A stretch of 34,709 bases of DNA from Reclinomonas americana ATCC 50394 (Eukaryota): assembly GCA_048213135.1 (NCBI GenBank), contig PS015731.1, forward strand, positions 1 through 34,709, read 5' to 3'. This document shows, one piece after another, positions 12,978-25,569 of the stretch. Position 1 is the stretch's first letter, and every line of letters begins with the position of its first letter. The translations under genes were made by a program, and so were the position numbers. The notes beneath the pieces are model-generated. The model made no database searches, was not told the origin of the DNA, and saw nothing but the letters and a program-made list of their open reading frames with translations.

Positions 12978-13320
12978 GCGCGTGTGTGAGCATGCCAGGA
13001 GTGCCCACACGGGAGGCATACACGCACGCACGCACCACGTCCTCGCGGAGACGAGTGAATCTGCATGCGTGCATTTCGGGTGAGCGAGAGTGCTTTTTGT
13101 GCATGTGAGCGAGTGAGACGCACCGCATGCCGTCATTGAAGATGCCGCAGGGCACCTGCACGTTCGTGTTGTCGCGCATCCATGTCAACAGAGAAGAAGA
13201 AGCAGAGCGTGCGAAGAATTAGATCTTGACGTAGAGAACCTGGCAGTGAGCATGCATGACAAGTGGCGAGTGCGAGACGGCGTATGCGCCACCGGCAACC
13301 AACAGAGCGAGACGGAACAT
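12364..13320 (-). CDS. sodN: Nickel-containing superoxide dismutase precursor (7 exons)
   Basis: Spliced: MFRLALLVAGGAYAVSHSPLVMHA-HCQ|VPCGIFNDGMR|FTRLREDV|TTIRKAMHEINHVAGSHNPLDFNQAVRW|VTVKEEHADHIINE|IGYYFLCQRVKEEDFAGDRGAYLERVALHHAAMRQAMKCK|QVVDEAEAAKLLQAIDKLAAAYKL*. It has the Ni-hook HCxxPCGx(Y/F) and the RWxxxKEEHA, YFLxQR and AMKCKQ motifs. Confidence 0.93.
12928..12973. repeat. Compound (CA)n(GA)n microsatellite in a sodN intron; similar tracts occur in many introns
   Basis: Direct reading of cacaca...gagaga. Confidence 0.9.
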
Positions 13321-13330
13321 GGATCGTGTT

Positions 13331-16300
13331 TCACTTGGCGCCTGACCACTGGAAGATCAATGCTTTGCTGTGTCGGGAATGGACCAAGTGGATCTCCTCG
13401 ATCTGCGGCCACTCCAGTTGCACGTGGCGGTACACGGCAAACGTCATGCTGGGCGACGCACTCAGCGAGGTGCTCGAAAGTGAGCCGGGCATCAGCGACG
13501 ATGACGAGGCGAGCGAGCCGGTGGACAGCGATCCACCAGCCGCACCAGCGGCCGCCGAACCGATGCTGCGGGAGGGACGAGTCGCCAGTGACACGGGGCT
13601 CACTGTGTGCAGTGTAGAAGAGTGAGAGAGTGGGAGCAAGAGGCGAGAGGCGAGAGAAAGAGCAACAGACCAGTGGACGGGTCGCAACCGGGAATGCGAA
13701 AGTTGACGGCGGCCTTGGACTTGCCAGGCAGCAGGCCCGAAAACATGCCAGCCTGCTCCACCTTCCACACCGACAGGTCGGCCTCAAGGTACGAGAAGAT
13801 GGCCACGTGCTGACCCACGGGTGAGAAGGTCACTGCAGTGACTGGCGATCGATAACTCTGCGTGGACACGCGTGCATAAGTGACCTCAAAAATCCCACGC
13901 TCGCTCATCAACGCGTCGCAAACCTGAATCAGCTGTGTTCTGGCCGCTGTCCGCAAGTCAAAGATGGAGACACTGCCGTCGGGGCAGCCGACGGCCACCT
14001 TTTGCGCCTCTCGATGGAACGTCACCATCGGGTAGCTGCGCATAATGCAAGCAGAATTAGCATGGCGTGGGCACAAAAACACAATCGACAACCGCCACGA
14101 AACGCATTGATCATGTGCCGCAGTGTGGCCGTGGTGTGATTCATGCACCGCTGTCGCGTGTTCGGGAAGTTGGGATCTAGAGAGCGCACAATGTCGCCGA
14201 CAATCGGGCCCAGCTGCCCGACCAACACGCTGGCATTCTGTGAACAGAGATTTGTGAGTGACGAGCAAAAATCACCACCATTCCTCCTTTTTTCGATCAG
14301 ACCTTCTCCACCACAGCCTTGATGAGCTCAATGTAACTGACGTAGAGCAGCAACTCGTTTGGTTGAGTCATCTGTGTGCATCAGTTGGTGAGTGTTGCGT
14401 CGAGGGGCACAAGTGACAACAGTAGAATATGCACGAACCGGCGCGCTCAGCGTGTCCACCAACAGTTTCGGATCGGTTTCCGCCACGCACAGCAGTGCTT
14501 GCATGGCCTCAGCAGCCACACGCTGCTGCACCGGCTGTGGCACCTTGATTGGACTCGCTCCCGGCGACTGTTGCTGCTGTTGGAATTCGTGCTTCGCAAG
14601 CACCGGTACCGCCAGTCGGAACAGATGCGTGATGAAGGCAGGCGTATCGGGAATGTCTGTGGAAAAAGAAGTGAGTGGCAGTCAGACAACGACAGCGCTC
14701 TGTGTATTGTGGACGCAACAATACTGCCAGGTGGAAAAGCCGGCGCCGAGAATCGAGATGGCAAACGGCTGATAGTCGCCAACTCGATTGCAAAGACTCA
14801 TCAATTCCAGTGCAATGAAGCTCGCAATCCTGCATCACGGTGAGTAACTGGCACACTCGCACTCTGTGCATCGCATGGGGGGCCACGCAACTGCTGGCTC
14901 AGGCACTCCTCGTGCTCCGACACAATCGCACCCACAGCAACCACCACGGAATCCTTGCGTGTGCCAGTGCTCCACGGCGACAGCACTGTGCCACAGCTCA
15001 GCTGGTTGCACGAACAGACAAGCACACGCACACACACAATGCACGCAACATTCTTCCGTGTACACATCGGTAACAGTGCGTAGCCGAGAGATCCTCGTGT
15101 TGCGCGAGAACTGCATCAGATGCGTCCATGCACTCTCTTGCACGTGTGCTGTGTCAGGAGCGTACAAGGTGAGCACAGCACGAGAATGCATGCATCACTG
15201 TGATGGGAAATCGCACGATTTGAATCCTTCAAGCAGTCGGCGAGGATGACAGCAGACGGCGGCACATAGTTGGGGTACGTGTCGGCGAGTGTGGTGGAGA
15301 AGTACTCGGACAGTGAATGCGCCACCGACTCGTACGCTGCGCACGCAATTCGGAGCACATGGCGACCGAGTGAGAAACATGCTCGGTGCCTGCAATCAAC
15401 TTCGAGCACACAAAAACACACCTGGAATCTTGCCGACGGCCTTGATGAGCGAGGAGCAGCATGTCAGCATGTGCGCACTGAGTTGCGGGCACAGGCCGAA
15501 CGGGCCGAGTCGCCGACACACGTTTGGGCAGTACAAGGTGTGTGAACCCCATTGTCTGCACAGCAACAAAATAGTCCGTGAGTGAGACATTCACGCACAC
15601 TGTATGCACAACGAGCTGGACGTGCCCTTTGAATCCGAATGATGAAGATACAGCGGGAGTCACCATGGCCAACTCGTCCAGCAAATTGGCCGTGTCCTGT
15701 GCACACCAGATAGTCAGCATCTGCCTGAAACATACCGAGCACACTCCATCCGCACCAGAGGCATGCACTGGCGAACAAACACGTAGGAGCCTGCCGCTCT
15801 CCACGCAATCCACTCCGCTACGCCCTCCGACACAGGTCCCTCGAATGAAGCAGAACGCTTCAGTGCTTCGTTGGCTAGCTCCACGCTGCGTCCGATAAAG
15901 CCACGTGACTGCAACCACACCGATGAGCACCTCAATCATGTAATCAACAGCACGCCACATTTCGCACATTGACGAGCGTCAGCAGCTGGCCAATGTCCAC
16001 AATAAGCATCGTGGCTGATGAGCTCCAGCCTGTGACAAAGCACGCAGTGTTTGTTTACACGCAGAAAGCAATGAGACAGTATTGCGCGAGTTGCCAGTAC
16101 CTTCAGCACCCGTCAGCACGCTCTCTCCTCGCAGCAATCCACCTTCGTAGCTCGCACTCCGTGAACCCATGGTGTCGCGGAACCCAAAGTTGGTGTGCCT
16201 TGAGCTGCCGACAAAAGGAGCAGTGAGGTATGAGCGATCAGTGTCACAGAGACACAGCAGCAAGTGACCGACCTGCCAAGTCCCTCCCACTGCTCAATGA

Positions 16301-19300
16301 GATCGGTGGCAAGCTGTCCGGCAACCTTGCGCTCCAAAATGCCCGTGGCCAGCTGCTCAACAAACCACAGTGACACAGCGAGTAAATACACCATGCGCAC
16401 CAATGCAACGTACATCATACACGTCGCACCTGCCAAATGTACACTTCGCCCATGAGACACTTGACCACGAGGAAATCATACTCGACTTTCCAGTACAGTC
16501 GAATGATTGGAGATGCGTGCCCACCGAGGACATGTAGGCTGTGTGGATCGGTGGGACATGAAAAATGGTCAACGCTCACGTGAGGCGAACCTCCAACACA
16601 CATCGCAGTGACGCACCACTGCATCTGATCCAGCGAGTAGATGATCACACTGTTGTCCTGCCCGACAGAGCAAAACGTGTGTCGCAGCTTCTTGGAGACG
16701 TGCGGTGGAGGGATGGTGAGCGCCGTGACGGCCGCCGCGTGGAAGTAGAACGCGCCAAGCTCCGACCCGGTGCTGCAACGAGAACGGGGACAGCGAGGGA
16801 CGAGCGTGAGATGACTACTATCTGGAGCGCAGATCCACAACCCAACACGGACGCACTCGGGATTCCACACGCGCACGACAAAATCATCGCCGGCCGACAC
16901 CACTGCCTTGCTTCCGCGCAGAAGCATTTGGTCTGGAACGGCAAGAAGCGCCGTCACCTGTCCCTGATGACCCTGTACAACAATGTCTTGCGTCTCGTCT
17001 ACCATGCTCCGGAAGCGAATGGTGCCGTCGGCTGCGCGACACCTCTTGTGGTCAACAACACCATTGAAGTAGTCTTTTAGTACAGAAACGAAAACGCACC
17101 GTGTCCAGTGATATACAGCGGTTCACCCTTGGTGACCGACACGGCAAACTCGCTGGCGGTGGTGGTGCTCACAGGGTCGCTGGCGGCCGCATCGTACGAT
17201 GTGAAGCCTTGGTCGATTGAACACACTGTGGGAGACGACGGTCAGTCAACAGAAGGAAACGAGCAGCGCCTGCCATGCACGCAACAGTGCGCTGGCGGCT
17301 GTGCGGCTATTGGCGACCCTGCAGCGCTACCATCGGCCGCAGCGCTCATCGAAAACTCGGATGCTCGCCACGCCCGCACTTCGCCGTGCCCGCTCGCCGC
17401 CACCAACAAGTCACCACACAAGTTCCAGAACGACGGTTTGCTGTGGCGAAGCAGTGACACATAAGTAGCGCACTCCACAAGTGCACTCACGTGAAATACA
17501 GTACCTCGCGTCGCTTCCGCCATGTAACCGCGCGACGAGCACCGCAGCGGCTGAGCCACTGATCACACAAAATCTTCATGTCAGATGGCAGAAAAATTAA
17601 TCGTAAAGAGACACAGCAAGCCTGGCGTCCACCTTTCTCCGCCCGCCTCGGCGTCGAGTGATGTTGAGGAGGACGAATCCCGTGGCAGCTCTGAGTCTGA
17701 CACATCGGAGCCTGTGCGCACACCATTTCTTTGCGAATGAGCAGCAGCACTTCGATCGCACGATTTCTTCACCCAATCGGATAATTGCACGCAACCAGCT
17801 CCACCGGCCAGTGCTCGCCGTTGTGCCTCTGCGCAACACACGGAGTGGTCGGTCGCTCGGACGGTGAGCAAACAGGGTTGACGTGATGCATACCTTGCGC
17901 AGCGTCGTCCAAACGCGTGTCCCACGTGCGCGTGACGGCAGTGGGACTCGCCACTTTGGCGCCGATACTCCGCAGCATGAACCCGAGAGAGAGCGTGAGA
18001 TTGTAGGTCATTGGGCTCACGCCAACTCGCCGTGGGCGTGAAGATTCGCCTGCCACAGTCAGCTGGCTCGCCGACGGTGCGCCGCGGACGGCCGTCATTG
18101 ACAACTGCAAGCGTGCACACTCGTGAGACGTAGGCTGGTTGACACAAGTACGCTGCGACGACCATGCTACACACCCTGGAGCCCTCCACGACAGCCGGAT
18201 CAAAGTCGTACACCAGGCCCTCGCCAATCTGCGATCAAGTCAGAGTGCATTCTGCGCAAGTGCACACCCGCAGCACTGCGCGACGACACCTCTGTGTGCA
18301 CAAAGCAGCGATGCGCGTCGAGGAAGAAGCCATCACACAGGGTCTGTGCCGGATCCAACTCCACATCCTCCAGCACGTGTTCGGCGACGAGTGCATAATC
18401 CGCCTTGCGGAAGATCTGCGAGCAAAGTGCGCGCGATGCGTATTCAGCAGGGACTCTCTCACACATGTGTGCACGTAGGCGCTACGTACCATGAACACAC
18501 GCGGATACACAATCAGAATGAGATCGCCCCAACATCGCACAGCGCGCGCCGCATCATCGGTCTCCACTTTGCGCGACGGCACATTCTTGGCAGAACTCCA
18601 CTCACACAACGTCTGATCCTTGGAGACAGAGATCACAGTCCACGTCGGTCCACCTACAACAAATAGCAGCGCGCTCATTCAGCACAGGTCTCAGGCAGCG
18701 GCCGACATCCATCATCATCACCTGGTGCATTCGGGTTGGCCGACAACAGCGACAAGCCATTCACCCAGTCACGATGACCCGACAGGATCCGCGTTACCTG
18801 CACGTCACTGTGTCAGCAAAACCACTGCAGCTACGTGTACGTGCGTGCGTGCGAGAGGAGGCACCTTGAGCGCCATCAGATCAAACACATGCAACTCGGT
18901 ATCGCGACCGGCGAGAATCAGAAGCGTCGGGCTGAGCGACATCATGTGTGTCACCGAGAAGGAGACCACGTATGGCTCGTACGCCACACAGCTGCCGTTC
19001 TCGCGATCCCACACGCTCAGACTGCCATCCAGAGACACTGCCGACGACGACGAACAGTCAGCACCACAAGAATCGCACCCACTCTCTCGCTCGCTCAGAC
19101 CTGCAGCAAACGCCGGTGCGCAATGGTACGTGCACGCACATACACAGGAGATGGGCGCCTCGTGAATGCACAGCAGCGCCACAGGCTCAAACAGTGGCTG
19201 CTGAGCATGTCAGCAAACACACGCGCACACACGTACAGCGCAAGAGAGAGAGAGAGACGCAACGAGCACCACTGCACTGGCAGCAGCAGCAGCAGCAGCA

Positions 19301-19491
19301 GCACGGCTGGTCATTGATGATGATTGCGGTGTTGCTGGTGTCGCATCCGCACCACGCAAGGCCCAGAGACAACACTGCCCCGACTGCGATCCCGTCAACA
19401 GCGACTGCCCGTCCACGGAGACGCATGCGCACGACACAATGTGCAGCGGCGCACTCTCCCAGAGGGTGAACGGCAGTCGTCGCACCGACAT
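13331..19491 (-). CDS. WDR7: WD40-repeat protein WDR7/WDR72 (rabconnectin-3 beta) homolog, many exons
   Basis: N-terminus MSVRRLPFTLWESAPLHIVSCACVSVDGQSLLTGSQSGQCCLW. Internal segments GHQGQVTALL, HTFCSVGQDNSV, LGGHASPIIRLYWK, GEVYIWQ..TGILERKV, ILGAGFSTWQYYI, IVRSLDPNFP..RQRC and YPMVTFH. C-terminus VQLEWPQIEEIHLV...SGAK*. All follow the WDR7 layout. Confidence 0.88.
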
Positions 19492-19605
19492 GAGGAAGAT
19501 TGATATGATGCATCGTCGATTGATTGGTCGGTGGTCCGCATCCGCTCACAACTGCACGCAAAGATCCTCTGTCTGAGTGCGAGTGAGTGCGTGAGTGCGT
19601 TTTCT

Positions 19606-22349
19606 ATGAGTGGCAGGCCGATGGAAGTGGACAGCGATGGCGGAGGCTCGGGTTCGGGTTCGACAACGACGTCATCGTCGCGCTCAGCGCGTCGCCGAGA
19701 AAAGGTCTGCACTGTCAACCTCTGTGCCTTCGTTCTTACGGCTCACACATTCTGGCACACACACACAGATGATGGCGCTTGGCCGACTGCCGTCGTTGCC
19801 GCTGGATGAGTACGAGAGCAGCAGTCCGAGTGTCGGCAGTGCCAGCACTGCTGATGATACACTGGCGCTGACGATTGTGCCGGCGGGCAGTCAGGCGTGG
19901 AGGCCATTCACGTTGCATGTGTCGCCGCGCGAGATGGTGTTGAGCATCAAGCAGCGGGTGGCGGCGGAGCTCATGTGGCCAGGTATGGTGGTGGATCAAG
20001 ATGAAAGGATTGTTATCACCAACAAGACAAGTGACGACAAAGTTGTGCGTGCAGTGTATGCGCAGCGACTGGTGGTGTTTGGGCATGTGCTGAGCGACAA
20101 GGAGTACATTGGGCCGGCGACGGAGCGTGCACGCAAGGTCATGCGCGGTCGCAAGTTCTTTGTCAGTGTGGTGCCTACGGGTGAGTGACGGGCGCTGCTT
20201 TTCTTTTCTTGCCAAGTGCATGCTGATGATATACTGTTGTTGCAGTGGCCGTCAACAAGCTGTGGTCGAAGAACGACGAGGAGAGCTCAGTTGTCCCCGG
20301 GTCGCGCACCGGCGCCACAGCGATACGACTCGGTCAGCATCGCGTGGTTGTGTTTGGCGGTGGTGCGTCACTGTCCGTCTGCGTGTCGGCCATCACACCT
20401 CCCTCACACTCGCACTGCAGGCCTTCAAGGCGGATACACGGATCGCACAACTCTGTTTGATTCGCGAACACTGGAGGTTGTGGTGTCACGTGACGTGTGT
20501 GATCACCTCGAGGTCGTTTTGTGATCCGTCTGTGTATGCCTGTGCAGTGGACTGACCTGGTGACGCGTGGCGAGAAGCCTCCAGCTCGTGCCGCCCACTG
20601 TGCGTTCACCTATGCCGGACACATGTACATTTACGGCGGACGCGCGCGTGATCGCTACTTCAACGACTTGTATCAGCTGGATTTGTTGCGTTCCCGTGGC
20701 CTCTGCTCGTGCTCTTGTCGTACGTACATTGACGTGTGCATGCATGCTCGCAGGGACACCAATACGTGGAGTCGTGTGCCGACCAGTGGCGCGCATCCGC
20801 CTCCCGGAGCCGGTGTGGTATGTCCTCATTCACTGGTAACAACACTCTCAAACTCTTGACTGATTGTGGGAATCGGCGGCAGGCCTCGGCACTCCTCGGC
20901 GATCGCTTCTTTGTGTACGGTGGCTACGACAAGAGCCACAACACGATGCAAGAGATGCATTCTCTCAGTTGCGGCTGTTCTTGGGTGGGCGCACAGTTGG
21001 GCACAATCGTTCTCACTCCCACTGCACCTCTGTCCTCTGCAGACATGAGTGCGTTTTACGTGCGAACGTGATCAAGCTTCATTACGTACTCTGCCTTACC
21101 TCCTTACCCCCTTCGCGTTTGTTGCAGACACGATGATTTGGGTCAAGGTCAAGTTGACGGCCGAGCCCGGAGTGCAATCACCCGGCAAGCTCGCCGGCGC
21201 CACGTGCGTCACTCGTGTGAAGAGTAGCGTGCTCAAGATTGGCAGTCGCTAAATTGCAACTCACACAATGCAGTCTCACGGCCTGGGGCGACTTCCTCAT
21301 TCTCTTTGGCGGGCTCGGAGTGACATTTGAGAGTGCGGTGTACGTGCTGAACACGCTGAATCTGCGCTGGGTTCGCGCAAAGGCCACCTCTGTTGCGTTC
21401 ATCGATAGTTGTAGATGTGTGCGTGTGCGCCGGATTCTACTCATCGCTTGACGACGCAGGGCGACGTGCCGAGTGGGCGCGCCTTCCACTGCGCGCAGCT
21501 TGTCGGTGGTCACTTGCTGATTCACGGTGGGAGGAGCAACACGACGTATTTCGCCGACTTTTTCTGCCTCCGACTACGTGCGTGAAGGATGATGTGGCTT
21601 CAACGCAGTCCTCGCTCACTCACTCACTCGTATGCGCGTGCAGGTGACATGACGTGGAAACGGCCGCATCTGTACTCAGTTGGCGACTTGTCCGATCGGG
21701 TGACACAGTACGGACGACAACTGGTGCGTGGCTCGCTGCTCCTCGGTCGCGCCGGCCACATCATGGTACGCCTGTTACCTTCAGTTCTACAATCCGTGCC
21801 CGGGTTGGGTGCGATGGTCACACCGTTTCGTGGGCTACCGCAGATCCGCATCGCGTGCGCCGAGGAAATGGTGATGGAGAACGGCGGCACCCCGGTGGAG
21901 AATGGTTCCGACGATGATGACGGTGATGATGCCGCCAATAGTGCGACAGGAGAGCTGCCGCTGATGGGCGACGGCGACGAGGATGAAGACGGAGCGTCAT
22001 CGTCCGGAGCTGCACGAAACGCAGCGGGTGAAACGACTCGCGCGGTGGTCGCAGCCGCTGTCTCCAGAGGTGTGTGGGCGTGCGTGCATGCAGTCCACAC
22101 CTATCTATCGTCTGGAGGAGTGAGACTGATCGTCTTCTCTCACTCCCCCCCTCTCTGCCTGGTGCAGCATCGTCGCTGTCTGGCGGCCTGACACGCGGCG
22201 CCAACCAGCTGTTCATCTACGGAGGCGACTGCGAGACACAAATCTTCCACGACACGACGTTGCGTGGTGGTGCACGCTGCTGACCGTTGTCGCCAATGTG
22301 CCACTGACTGGTCTCACACAGGGTGCTTGACACGTTCTTCGACCCATGA
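19606..22349 (+). CDS. Ubiquitin-like domain + Kelch-repeat propeller protein
   Basis: UBL-like segment FTLHVSPREMVLSIKQRVA...QRLVVFGHVLSD. Kelch repeats GEKPPARAAHCAFTYAGHMYIYGG, FFVYGGYD, LILFGG, GDVPSGRAFHCAQLVGGHLLIHGG and LFIYGGD. Stop TGA at 22347-22349. Confidence 0.82.
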
Positions 22350-22401
22350 CACACAGCAAGATTACCCTCACATAAAGTAACAGGAGCACGCTTTTGTTTT
22401 T

Positions 22402-25400
22402 CTATTCCAACGCGTCTAGGTCGATGGCGGGTCTAATCGTCTGCAGCAACTGTTGCAGCTCCTCCGAACCGGGTGCCAGCTCCAGTCCACGCGTCACATC
22501 TGCGCCAAGAATGAGTGACGACGTCGAGCGTCGCTTTGGATGTGGATTCATCATGCACTCACCAGAGAGCGCATCCGTCAAGTAGCCCAGCTTCTCCAGG
22601 CAACAGGCGCGTCTGTAGATGGCCTTGACATACTTGGGATCCTGCAGCAGTGCCAAGTTGCAGTATTGCAGTGCGCGGTCATACGCTTTCTGCGGGGACA
22701 CAACGCGCCAACAGCTCAGCTCGCGCCATACACACACACGCCCATTTGTTCTGGTTCGTCTCGTCACGCAACGAGTTGGAAGAAGCAGAGGGAGCGGTTG
22801 TTTTGGCAGAACTTGCGGTTCTCGTCGCCTGGTGGCAGCCACCGAATGGCGTCGGTGTAGTGTTGAATGGCCAGCTCAAAGTCCTTGGTCTTGTAGGCCT
22901 TGGAGCCCTCCTCTTTCAGGAACAGACCCTTATTCTGCGATCGAGATCGTGTTAATATCGATGGACCCACCCACCACACACTCTCTGTCACAACAGACCA
23001 AATCCGGCTTGTCGAGTGCGTAGCGTTCGACGCTGGGCGTTCCCGGCACCGGGTGTGCGTCCTCTGTCGTCGTCACATACCACAGGTAAGCAACCGCGTA
23101 ACCGCACACCAGCACGCAAACACCGACGAACCGAGTTGCTTGTAGATGATGCCGCACATGGTGGCGACGATCTCATCACCGGCGTGCAGCTCCTCAATCT
23201 TGTCGAGCACGTGCAGAATCGGCAGCTTCAACACAAAACTCTCGTCCAGCGGACAGAACTGGAGTGTGAGGTGCAGCAGGTTGAGGCACTTTTTGCAAAA
23301 CTCGATTCGATCCTCGGCCCAGTCCAGGTTGCGCACGAGGTACTCGATGAATCGAGATGTGCACAGGAAACGGATCACTTTCTGGCCCTCGTGATCCTGG
23401 TCAATCATAATGTGCAGCAGGTCGAGCAACAACTCCAAGAACTCGGCATGGATGACCTGCGATCGCGAATCAGACAGACACACACAAAGAGGCAGCAGCA
23501 CGGACTGTGACCAGACCTCTTCTGCTTCGGCCTCCTCCAATTCGTCGGGATGATAGTTCTCCTCGCGCAGCTCGTCCTCGCAGTAGTCGATCACCATGGT
23601 GCCCGTGTCGAGGAGCGTGATCAGATGCTCGCCGCCCTTCTCCTCCAACAGGAACCGTGTGGCCAACGCCGTGTCGTAGGTGGCCAGACACACCACACTC
23701 TCCAGCAGGCGCACTTGAAGCTCCATGGGGACCTGATTCGCACAGGGCTGATGAGCGGACGTACAAATAAGCAGGTCATGTAATTCCCACGCAACTTGCT
23801 CTCTCCACGCGCCCACCAGTGCGTCGGCAATACCCGCCTCAAACAACCGGGCAGCCATCTCCCCCACTTCCTCTGGCGTGCAGTCGCCCACGGCCCACGC
23901 ACAATTGTGCAAAATGTCGGCCATGATGGTGATCAGACCGAGGGGGGCTTCTGTGGCCAGTCGGAAGATGCAGCGCAACAGTCCACTCTGCAGCGCTCGT
24001 CGCAGCATGGCACCACCCAGGCCGTACGTGCTCTCCGCCGGCGACACGGCCTCGGCCTCCACCCGCGTCAGTATGTCAACCAGACGCAACAGAGCCGCCA
24101 GCGTGTCGTCCACACCGTCGCGTGGCACACCTGCCGACAGACAAACACAACATCGTCAGCCCCTCGAGCATAAACCCCAACAGAAAGCGCAGGCACTCAA
24201 CTGTACGACAGCGTCGTGTTCTCCCGCACCGAAGTCAGCGTCATCACACCGGCACTGCTGCTGCTGCTGCTGCTCGATGCCGGCAACTCGGCGACTGCAG
24301 TAGTAGGGGCTGGTTGTGGGGCCGCCGTCAGTGCTGATGGTGAAGCGATGGCACCACCGGTGTGCACGCCACCGTGTCGTCCGTTTGCGTGCGTGTGCGC
24401 CAGGTGTTGCGTTTGCTCCTGCAGCAGCGACACCAATTTGGCCGCGATCGACTGATTCTCCAGCATGCCGAGTCGCAGCTGCTGGAAGAACGGATTCTCG
24501 AGTTCCTCTTCGTGCGCATACTCGAGCATGGCACAGAGGCAGGCCAGGATCGGGAATGTGTGCTGCAGCGCGCACGCCAAGTCAGTCGACCGAAAAAGAA
24601 AGACGATGACCATTCTGGTCTCACCGTGGGATTGGTGTTTGTGAGAAAGAACTCGACCACGTGCTTGTAGTTGTAGGCGATGAACGAGACGCGCACTTCG
24701 CCGACCATGACCTTTGACAAGTTGGTGAGTGCCGACAAGGCATCCTCACACAGATTGGCCACCGACGTGCGACCGCCGAGCCGCAGCAGATCGGTGACAA
24801 ACGTGCACAGGCGGTTCTGCGCAAACGCGCCAAAGTCGCTCACGCGAAAGTTGACCGTCTCTGTGCGCGTAGCTTGTTGTCAGTGCACCCTACCAACGAA
24901 GTTGCACAGACAAACACACGCACCAGCATAGTCCGACGACTGCGCGCTGCAGAACCTGGCAAACGCCAGCGTCATTGTGTTGTAGATATCGAGCACACGA
25001 CGCGTGAGCTCAATGCTCTCGCCCGACACGGCCATGGTGAAGAGCAGGCTGGAGCACTCGTCGGTCATGAAAAAGTTGCCGAGATTGACATCGCGCCGCA
25101 GCAACTCCTTCAACGACACAAACACATCGACAATGTGCGCATCACGCTGCTCCGCTGCACGCGAGCCAGGTGGCGCACTGGGCGCCGGCAGTGACGACGA
25201 CGATGAGGCGGCAAGAGCGGCAGTGGTGGCCGCAGCAATCGTCGCAGCCGGGCTGTTGGCCGCCGCGATGGCTGCGACAGCTGCTGCCGCACTGGCGGTG
25301 GCTGAGCGGGGGAGAAGGCCGCGCAGAACCGCAAGCAGCTTGTGTGGTCGCTTCGGCAGCGACTGACAACAGGTGGAGAGCGCGCGGATGCTGTAGAGAG

Positions 25401-25513
25401 AGAGAGAGTGAGTCTGTGTGCGTGTGTGACAGAGAGTTGTGCATGCCCTTTTGTGCTCACGTCTTGGGGTTGCGCGGCTTGTCGTCGCGTCGTTTGAACT
25501 CGAGCACGTCCAT
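22402..25513 (-). CDS. Helical-repeat (ARM/HEAT-like) protein with a C-terminal 3-TPR domain
   Basis: Start MDVLEFKRRDDKPRNPKT|IRALS... followed by Leu-rich helical exons. C-terminal LKEEGSKAYKTKDFELAIQHYTDAI...QNNRSLCFFQL|KAYDRALQYCNLALLQDPKYVKAIYRRACCLEKLG is a classic TPR triplet. Confidence 0.78.
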
Positions 25514-25569
25514 CGCGCGCGTGTAGTGTGTGGTGACAACTCAAATCCTGCAGGACTTTGTTGTTGCGG

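Noticed and set aside
12364-13320. sodN as bacterial contamination or a recent HGT
   Set aside because: It has six host-style introns with microsatellites and is tightly embedded between eukaryotic genes
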